DNA from: Patescibacteria group bacterium
GTDB lineage: Bacteria > Patescibacteriota > Microgenomatia > UBA8517
Assembly (NCBI GenBank): GCA_035256745.1
Contig: DATEXQ010000002.1
Span: 1-38,480, forward strand
Reading direction: 5' to 3'
Length of the DNA: 38,480 nucleotides
Shown: positions 19,549-26,291 of the stretch, one piece after another
Layout: every line of letters starts with the position of its first letter
Numbering within the stretch: the first letter of the stretch is position 1
Program-made: the position numbers and the translations under genes
The notes under the pieces: model-generated
Database searches by the model: none
What the model saw: the letters and a program-made list of their open reading frames with translations, nothing else
What the model was told of the DNA's origin: nothing

Positions 19549-20808
19549 ATGTCAAAAATAACTAAAATTTGGGCAAGAGAAATATTGGATTCCAGAGGAA
19601 TACCAACTGTTGAAGCTGCATGTCAATTGGACTCAAACCATATAGGAGTCGTTTCGGTTCCGTCAGGTACTTCAACCGGAACTTATGAAGCATTGGAATT
19701 AAGAGACAATGACCCAAAAAGATATAACGGTACAGGTGTCTTAAAAGCGGTTGAAAATGTTAATAAAATAATATCACCCGCACTTATTGGTAAAGATCCC
19801 ACTTCACAAGAAGAAATAGATGAAAAATTGATAAGTTTAGATGGTACTGAAAACAAATCAAAACTTGGAGCAAACGCTATTCTTGCTGTTTCGGAAGTTA
19901 TAGCAAAGGCTGCAGCCATGGTCCAGCAACAAAGTCTATACACCTGGATTTTTACATTATCTCATAGAGCAGGACTTCAACCTTCGTTAAAAATACCAAC
20001 GCCAATTTTTAATATGATAAACGGAGGCTTACATGGTGCAGGAAATTTGGATTTCCAGGAATTTCATGTTATTCCGTCATCTAGTAAAACCTACAGTCAA
20101 TGTTTACAGATAGGAGTTGAGGTTTACACGAGTGTTGGAAAAACCCTTGAAAGAAGAGGTGCAATTCATTCTGTAGGTCACGAAGGAGGTTATGCTCCTA
20201 ATCTTTTTACAAATGCAGATGCATTGGAAGTAATTGTCGAAGCCGTTAAATTAACACCCTATAAACTGGGAAGAGATTTACTCCTTGGTCTAGATGTAGC
20301 CGCTAATAATTTATATAAAAACGGAACATATATCATAAGAGACAAAACATCTCCCTTGGATGAAAACCAGATGATTGAATATTATAAGAGTATAAACGAA
20401 CAATATAATTTAGCTATTTTGGAAGACGGTCTTTATGAAGATGCATGGGAAAGTTGGACTAAATTGACGTCTCTTCTTTCGTCACAAATGTTAATCGTGG
20501 GCGACGATCTATTGGTTACTAATCCAAAAAGATTAGATAAAGCTATTAAAGAAAAGGCCTGCAATAGTATTTTAATTAAACCTAATCAGATAGGAACAAT
20601 TACAGAAACATTGGCAGTAATAAAAATGGCAAAATTGGCAAACTGGAAGGTTGTTGTTTCTCACAGGTCAGGTGAAACCAATGACTGGTTTATTGTTGAC
20701 TTTGCCGTAGGTGTTGGAGCAGACTTTGTTAAGTTCGGAGGTCCTGCAAGAGGAGAGAGAGTTGCTAAATATAATAGACTTTCAAGCATAGAAAGGGAGT
20801 TATCTTAA
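19549..20808 (+). CDS. eno: Enolase
   Basis: REILDSRGIPTVEA, SGTSTGTYEALELRD, QEF, LEDGL, VGDDL, LIKPNQIG, SHRSGETND and AKYNRL. The catalytic and metal ligands I could check are present. Confidence 0.96.
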   Translation: MSKITKIWAREILDSRGIPTVEAACQLDSNHIGVVSVPSGTSTGTYEALELRDNDPKRYNGTGVLKAVENVNKIISPALIGKDPTSQEEIDEKLISLDGTENKSKLGANAILAVSEVIAKAAAMVQQQSLYTWIFTLSHRAGLQPSLKIPTPIFNMINGGLHGAGNLDFQEFHVIPSSSKTYSQCLQIGVEVYTSVGKTLERRGAIHSVGHEGGYAPNLFTNADALEVIVEAVKLTPYKLGRDLLLGLDVAANNLYKNGTYIIRDKTSPLDENQMIEYYKSINEQYNLAILEDGLYEDAWESWTKLTSLLSSQMLIVGDDLLVTNPKRLDKAIKEKACNSILIKPNQIGTITETLAVIKMAKLANWKVVVSHRSGETNDWFIVDFAVGVGADFVKFGGPARGERVAKYNRLSSIERELS

Positions 20809-20819
20809 AATAAAGATCA

Positions 20820-22484
20820 ATGAGCCCCATGGAAGAAAAGAAAACCGTAATTTTGGCTGTATTGGATGGTTGGGGAATATCTCAACCCAGTCCAGGTAAT
20901 GCCATAACGCTTGCTAAAACCGTAAATTTTAATCGTTTATGGGCATCATATCCCCATACACAGCTCAAAGCATCAGGTGAAGCCGTAGGCTTACCCAGAG
21001 ACGGAGCTGGAAATACTGAAACAGGACATCTTAATTTGGGTGCGGGAAGAATAGTATATCAGGATTTGGAAAGAATTAGCATGTCAATTGCAGACGGATC
21101 ATTTTTTGAAAATCCTGTTTTAATTGGTGCAATTGAAACTGCCAGAAAAAACAATTCAAAACTTCATTATATTGGTCTTTTAGGAGCGGGTGGTGTTCAT
21201 TCCAACCAAGATCATCTATATGCTCTGATACAGCTTGCCAAAATAAAAAAATTTAGTAATGTGTTTTTGCATATTATTACAGACGGCAGGGATTCTCCTC
21301 CCACTGCTTCCTTAACATATCTAAAAAATCTTAAAAATATGCTTGATAAAGAAGGTGTGGGGACAATAGCCTCAATAATGGGTAGGTATTGGGCGATGGA
21401 CAGAGACAGACGTTGGGATAGAACAGCCAAGGCTTATTTTGCGTTGACAAAAGGTGTGGGACATTTAGTAAAAACCTGCGAAGAGGCGATAAATCTATCA
21501 TATTCACTAGGTAAAACCGACGAATTCATAGAGCCTTGTCTTATAAGTGATACTGCCGGAACTCCAACAGCATTAATACAAAGTAATGACAGTGTAATTT
21601 ATTTTAATTTTAGAATCGATAGACCCAGACAATTAACAGCTGCTTTTTTGATAAAAGATTTTAAAGACGAAAGTTTTGCTCTTGATTTTGACCCCTATCT
21701 TGAAAAATACGAAAAAACTCATATAGCTGCAAGAGTTTTATTACATCAGAAGGTTTTTGACAGAGGGGAACCTTTAAATAATCTGTTTTTCGTAACCATG
21801 ACACAATATAGTAAATCCCTGGTTGATAATGGCGCAAAAGTAGCCTTTGGCCCGGAAGTTATTAATATGCCTTTAGGCAGAGCGATATCTGAAGCTAAAT
21901 TAAGACAACTAAGAATATCCGAATCCGAAAAAGAAAGATTTGTGACATTTTATTTTAACGGACAAAGAGAAGCTCCTTTTAGTCAAGAAGAAAGAATAAT
22001 TATTCCCTCTCCCAATGTTCCAACATACGATCAAAAACCGGAAATGTCAGCATATGAAATGACAGAAAAGCTATTGGAAATTTTACGTTCGCAGGAAGAA
22101 TATTCTTTTATTCTAATTAATTTTGCAAATCCCGATATGGTAGGACACACCGGAAATATAGGACCTGCCGTAAAAGCGTGTGAAGTTGTAGACGAATGTG
22201 TAGGAAAAATTTCAAATTTTGTTCTTGCTTATGGAGGAACTTTACTTGTTACTGCAGATCACGGTAATGTGGAGGAAATGATTAATCTTCATACGGGACA
22301 AATCGATACAGAACATAATTCTAACCCCGTTCCTTTCATAGCTATATCAAAAAGTTTATTGGGTAAAGTACAAACATTAAGTACCGGAATATTGGCAGAT
22401 ATTGCTCCAACTGTTTTATATTTACTTTCTATTCAGGTTCCTGGTGAAATGACCGGAAGAAATCTTCTTAAGGATTTAACTTAA
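20820..22484 (+). CDS. gpmI: 2,3-bisphosphoglycerate-independent phosphoglycerate mutase
   Basis: LDGWG, GNTETGHLNLGAGR, GGVHS, ITDGRDSPP, RISESEKERFVTFYFNG, PDMVGHTG and TADHGN. Confidence 0.95.
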   Translation: MSPMEEKKTVILAVLDGWGISQPSPGNAITLAKTVNFNRLWASYPHTQLKASGEAVGLPRDGAGNTETGHLNLGAGRIVYQDLERISMSIADGSFFENPVLIGAIETARKNNSKLHYIGLLGAGGVHSNQDHLYALIQLAKIKKFSNVFLHIITDGRDSPPTASLTYLKNLKNMLDKEGVGTIASIMGRYWAMDRDRRWDRTAKAYFALTKGVGHLVKTCEEAINLSYSLGKTDEFIEPCLISDTAGTPTALIQSNDSVIYFNFRIDRPRQLTAAFLIKDFKDESFALDFDPYLEKYEKTHIAARVLLHQKVFDRGEPLNNLFFVTMTQYSKSLVDNGAKVAFGPEVINMPLGRAISEAKLRQLRISESEKERFVTFYFNGQREAPFSQEERIIIPSPNVPTYDQKPEMSAYEMTEKLLEILRSQEEYSFILINFANPDMVGHTGNIGPAVKACEVVDECVGKISNFVLAYGGTLLVTADHGNVEEMINLHTGQIDTEHNSNPVPFIAISKSLLGKVQTLSTGILADIAPTVLYLLSIQVPGEMTGRNLLKDLT

Positions 22485-23110
22485 GATTTATTTAAAGTTG
22501 ATTTTATTTTAGTAAATATTTTCTCCTTATTATTTTTAAATACCTCAATTATTCCCGGAAGAATTGACAATAAGATTATAACCGCAATAACGGGTAAAAG
22601 ATATTTATCTATATTTGGAAATACATTTCCAAGAAAATAACCAAAAAGAAGCATTAAAGAGACCCAGAAGATTCCTCCAAAAACATTAAAAGATATAAAC
22701 TTTTTATAAGTCATATCGACAGCTCCAGCAACAATAGGTGCAAAAGTCCTTATTATCGGTATAAATCTGGCAATAATTATTGTTTTTCCTCCGTGTTTTT
22801 CATAAAAGGCGTGGGCTTTTGTTATGTGAGACTTCTTGAAAAGAAATGTATCTTCCTTTTTAAATATGGCTTGTCCTACTTTTCTGCCAAACCAATAACC
22901 TACAGAATCACCAGCTATGGCTGCAAATATTAATAATGGCATCAATACTTCTATTCTGAAAAATCCTTGTGATGCGAGAAGTCCGGCAGTTACAAGTAGC
23001 GAATCTCCTGGAAGAAAAAATCCAAAAAAAAGTCCGGATTCAGCAAATATTACTCCAAATAAACCAACTATTCCTATAGTTGTAATCATTTCTTCTAAAT
23101 TGAAGTGCAT
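22481..23110 (-). CDS. dedA: DedA family membrane protein
   Basis: FAESGLFFGFFLPGDSLL motif and polytopic hydrophobic profile. The ATG at 23110 is preferred over the TTG at 23146 used by the track. Lies downstream of lexA on the same strand. Confidence 0.8.
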   Translation of the reverse strand: MHFNLEEMITTIGIVGLFGVIFAESGLFFGFFLPGDSLLVTAGLLASQGFFRIEVLMPLLIFAAIAGDSVGYWFGRKVGQAIFKKEDTFLFKKSHITKAHAFYEKHGGKTIIIARFIPIIRTFAPIVAGAVDMTYKKFISFNVFGGIFWVSLMLLFGYFLGNVFPNIDKYLLPVIAVIILLSILPGIIEVFKNNKEKIFTKIKSTLNKS

Positions 23111-23157
23111 AACAAAAATTGTATGAAGTACAAGTGAGAAGAACAAGGGGCAAAATA

Positions 23158-23781
23158 TTAACTTCTTCCGTAGCGTCTGATAAGTCCTACCACTTTACCT
23201 TGAATTCTTACATTTTTGACAAAAATAGGGGACATTTTTGCATTAGCAGGCTCAAGTCTTATTCTTGTAGTTTCTTTAAAGAAACGTTTAAGTGTTGCCA
23301 TGCCGTTATCAAGCAAGGCAACAACAATTTCACCGTCTCTGGCGTTATCAGACTGCTCTACAACCACATAATCGCCGTCTCTTATCTGTTCTTCTATCAT
23401 AGATTCGCCTCTTACTTGCAGAACGAATACCCTTTTTTGATTATTCATAAAAGCCTGGGGGATGCTCATTGTAGCGTTGGGATCAGTATAGGGTTCAATA
23501 GGTGCTCCTGCGGCAATAAAACCCAATATGGGAACTTCTATGCCTTCGGGAGAAAGATTGATATCTTCATTTATCAAGGAAATTGACCGTATTTTACCTA
23601 TTTTTCTTTTGATTAGACCTTTTTCTTCCAATGCAGCCAGATGTTCATGAACAGTGGCAAGTGACGATACTCCTATGGCATTGGCGATTTGTCTTAATGT
23701 TGGAGCACTTCCGTAAGATTGGATATGCTGCTTGATGAAGTCAAGTATTTCTCCTTGTTTTTTATAAATAACCGGTGCCAT
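23158..23781 (-). CDS. lexA: LexA repressor (S24 peptidase)
   Basis: N-terminal winged HTH (APTLRQIANAIGVSSLATVHEHLAALEEKGLIKR), an AAG cleavage-site region (GFIAAGAPIEP), the catalytic Ser in GESM and the Lys region near GKVVGLIRR. Confidence 0.92.
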   Translation of the reverse strand: MAPVIYKKQGEILDFIKQHIQSYGSAPTLRQIANAIGVSSLATVHEHLAALEEKGLIKRKIGKIRSISLINEDINLSPEGIEVPILGFIAAGAPIEPYTDPNATMSIPQAFMNNQKRVFVLQVRGESMIEEQIRDGDYVVVEQSDNARDGEIVVALLDNGMATLKRFFKETTRIRLEPANAKMSPIFVKNVRIQGKVVGLIRRYGRS

Positions 23782-23790
23782 ACTTTTTTA

Positions 23791-23819
23791 ACTTTACAAA
23801 TAAAACCCGAAGCTGTCAA
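23791..23819 (-). promoter_or_regulatory. Candidate lexA promoter (minus strand): TTGACA-17-TAAAGT; the -10 ends 9 nt before the lexA ATG
   Basis: The reverse complement of 23779-23819 reads TTGACAGCTTCGGGTTTTATTTGTAAAGTTAAAAAAGTATG, giving a consensus -35 and an exact 17-nt spacer. Confidence 0.55.
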
Positions 23820-23842
23820 GATGCAAAAATTAAATATTGCGC

Positions 23843-23870
23843 TTAACTTTCGTAAAAAGTTTGGTAAACT
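23843..23870 (+). promoter_or_regulatory. Candidate uvrB promoter: TTAACT-16-TAAACT; the -10 ends 7 nt before the ATG at 23878
   Basis: Hexamers read directly from the sequence. Weaker match than the lexA promoter. Confidence 0.35.
23845..23861. promoter_or_regulatory. Palindrome AACTTT-N5-AAAGTT overlapping the putative uvrB -35/spacer; candidate LexA operator
   Basis: Perfect 6-bp arms. The octamer TTAACTTT also occurs at 23788-23795, overlapping the lexA -10. Confidence 0.3.
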
Positions 23871-23877
23871 TAAGTAT

Positions 23878-25920
23878 ATGCAGAAATTTGAATTAAAATC
23901 TGATTACAAACCGATAAAAGAACAGGAAGCTGCTATTAATAAATTGGCGGATGGAATAAGAGAAAATATTAATCATCAGGTTCTTTTGGGGGTTACCGGT
24001 TCGGGTAAAACATTTACTGTTGCAAATGTAATTGAGAAATTGCAAAAACCGACACTCATTATTTCTCACAACAAAACCTTAGCAGCCCAGCTTTATCAGG
24101 AGTTTAGGGATTATTTTCCCAAAAACGCTGTATCTTACTTCGTGTCCTATTACGATTACTACCAGCCTGAAAGCTATATTCCGGCAACTGATACATATAT
24201 AGAAAAAGATGCAGGTATTAACGAAATGATAGATAAATTAAGGCTTGCAACTACTACAAATTTATTAACAAGAAAGGATTGTATAGTGGTTGCTTCAGTA
24301 TCTTGTATTTACAACATAGGATCACCCAAGGAATATGGACAATTTATATTCGAATTTTCAAAGGGTATGAAAATTACAAGAGATCAAATATTAAATAGAC
24401 TTGTAGAAATTCAGTACGAAAGGGCAGATTTTGGTTTCAGGAGAGGGACTTTCAGGGTCAGAGGAGGAACCATAGACATTTATCCCTCATATCAAGATAT
24501 TGGAATAAGAATAGAACACGATGGAAAATTTATTTCAAGAGTCACAAGTATTAATACAATTTCAGGGGAAGAAATGAGTAAAAGTAAATCTGAGAACTTT
24601 GTTTTATACCCTGCAAAACATTTTATAACCGATGTAGAAAAAAACAGACACGTTTTTGCAGAAATAAGATCAGATTTAAATGAGCGAATAAAAATATTAA
24701 AAAATAAAGGAAAACTATTGGAGGCAGAAAGATTAAAAAAAAGAGTAAATTATGATCTTGAAATGATATCAGAAGTAGGATATGTAAAAGGAATTGAAAA
24801 TTATTCGAGATATTTTGACGGAAGAAGTCCCGGTCAACCTCCCTTTTCTCTTTTGGATTATTTTGGCGAACCTAATGGTCGCGATTGGCTTGTAGTTGTT
24901 GATGAAAGTCATATTACTTTCCCCCAAATAAAAGGAATGTATAACGGAGATTTTTCAAGAAAGAATGTGCTTATTGATTATGGATTTAGACTTCCTGCGG
25001 CTATAGATAACCGTCCGTTAAAATTCGACGAATTTATGAGAAAAATTCCAAATTTTATAGCAACAAGTGCAACCCCTTCCCAATGGGAGATAGATATGGC
25101 AAAGGAATCTTCAAGAAAAAATCCAAAATATTTAAAAGGAATAACAGAACAACTTTTAAGACCGACTGGAATACCCGATCCCAAAGTAACAATTAGATCC
25201 ATAAAAAGCCAAGTAGTTGATGTGATAGAAGAAATTAGAAAAAGAGCCAAAAAGAAACAACGTGCTCTTGTTACTACTTTAACCAAACAAACAGCCGAAG
25301 ATTTGTCTTCTTATTTAAAAGAAAAAGGTTTAAACGTTAATTATCTTCATTCGGATGTAAAAACACTGGAAAGAACAGATATTCTGGATAACTTAAGAAA
25401 AGGAACATATGACTGCATTGTGGGAGTTAATTTATTAAGAGAAGGGTTGGATCTACCCGAAGTAACCTTGGTTGCGATATTGGATGCTGATAAAGAAGGG
25501 TTTTTAAGAAGCGAAGTATCCTTAATTCAAACAATGGGAAGAGCAGCAAGACATGTGGAAGGAGAAGTAATTCTTTATGCAGACAAAATAACAAACTCCA
25601 TGAAAAAAGCCATAGATGAAGTGGAAAGAAGAAGAAATTACCAACTAAAAATGAATAAAAAATATAATATTAAACCTGTTTCTATTAAAAAACCCATAAG
25701 AGAAAAGTTGGTGGAATATGAAGAAGAACCTTTATTTGAAAGGGCAACTAAATCTTATTATCAAATATTGCCGGAAATTGACATCTCTTCTCTTACTCCG
25801 ATGGATAAAAAGAAACTTTTAATATATTTAAGAAGAGAAATGAAGGAACAAGCAAGGGATTTGAATTTCGAACTGGCTGCAGAAATTAGGGATAAAATTA
25901 GAGAGATTGATATAAATTAA
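23878..25920 (+). CDS. uvrB: Excinuclease ABC subunit B
   Basis: MQKFELKSDYKP..EQEAAI start, GVTGSGKT, the beta-hairpin region YYDYYQPE, VVDESH and a C-terminal UVR domain (LNFELAAEIRDKIREI). The track ORF extends upstream to 23719; the ATG at 23878 fits UvrB N-termini. Confidence 0.97.
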   Translation: MQKFELKSDYKPIKEQEAAINKLADGIRENINHQVLLGVTGSGKTFTVANVIEKLQKPTLIISHNKTLAAQLYQEFRDYFPKNAVSYFVSYYDYYQPESYIPATDTYIEKDAGINEMIDKLRLATTTNLLTRKDCIVVASVSCIYNIGSPKEYGQFIFEFSKGMKITRDQILNRLVEIQYERADFGFRRGTFRVRGGTIDIYPSYQDIGIRIEHDGKFISRVTSINTISGEEMSKSKSENFVLYPAKHFITDVEKNRHVFAEIRSDLNERIKILKNKGKLLEAERLKKRVNYDLEMISEVGYVKGIENYSRYFDGRSPGQPPFSLLDYFGEPNGRDWLVVVDESHITFPQIKGMYNGDFSRKNVLIDYGFRLPAAIDNRPLKFDEFMRKIPNFIATSATPSQWEIDMAKESSRKNPKYLKGITEQLLRPTGIPDPKVTIRSIKSQVVDVIEEIRKRAKKKQRALVTTLTKQTAEDLSSYLKEKGLNVNYLHSDVKTLERTDILDNLRKGTYDCIVGVNLLREGLDLPEVTLVAILDADKEGFLRSEVSLIQTMGRAARHVEGEVILYADKITNSMKKAIDEVERRRNYQLKMNKKYNIKPVSIKKPIREKLVEYEEEPLFERATKSYYQILPEIDISSLTPMDKKKLLIYLRREMKEQARDLNFELAAEIRDKIREIDIN

Positions 25921-25941
25921 ATCTCATGTTAAGATTTCCTC

Positions 25942-26217
25942 GTGGAAAGAAAAGAAGCTATAGGAAGTATTTGCGATGGCCTTTCAAGAAAATTTATTCT
26001 TACAGATAAAGTATTATATATTCAGGAATATCCAGAACAAGATAAGGTTAGTCACCACGTTTTAGCATTAAATTTAAATCTGGACTTAAGTAAATTAAAA
26101 GGAGGAAATTTGAAAGCAATTCTTACAAATCTTAAATTTGTAAAGCCAAGTTTAACTGTTTTATCTGCAACACAAAAAGATCTGGATAATTTTTTGGGGG
26201 AAATTGAGTTATTCTAA
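25942..26217 (+). CDS. Hypothetical 91-aa protein (GTG start, no internal Met, no recognisable motif)
   Basis: A stop-free frame of 91 codons in very AT-rich DNA between uvrB and uvrA. Leu/Lys-rich. I recognise no family. Confidence 0.35.
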   Translation: MERKEAIGSICDGLSRKFILTDKVLYIQEYPEQDKVSHHVLALNLNLDLSKLKGGNLKAILTNLKFVKPSLTVLSATQKDLDNFLGEIELF

Positions 26218-26241
26218 TTTTTTGTATTTCTTCATTAGAAT
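26211..26241. repeat. Inverted repeat ATTCTAAT-N15-ATTAGAAT spanning the stop codon of the 91-aa ORF
   Basis: Perfect 8-bp arms (26211-26218 and 26234-26241). AT-only stem, so it is weak as an RNA hairpin. Confidence 0.3.
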
Positions 26242-26262
26242 TTAGAGTGTATACTTCTTTTA

Positions 26263-26282
26263 CCACCGGATAAAACCGGCGG
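26263..26282 (+). other. GC-rich imperfect hairpin CCACCGG-ATAAAA-CCGGCGG, 9 nt upstream of the uvrA ATG
   Basis: 6 of 7 stem positions pair, followed by GAATATTTTATG. It stands out against the AT-rich background. Function unknown (attenuator, terminator or translation control). Confidence 0.3.
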
Positions 26283-26291
26283 GAATATTTT

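Noticed and set aside
23119-23586. A 155-aa plus-strand ORF antisense to lexA.
   Set aside because: It overlaps the conserved LexA coding sequence, has a Cys/Phe/Tyr-rich nonsense-like composition, and no family is recognisable.
25926-26009. A 27-codon ATG ORF encoding a very basic peptide directly after uvrB.
   Set aside because: It is too short to distinguish from chance in Lys/Arg-codon-rich AT-rich DNA, and it resembles no small ribosomal protein I know. It is mentioned only as an alternative within the uvrB-uvrA spacer finding.
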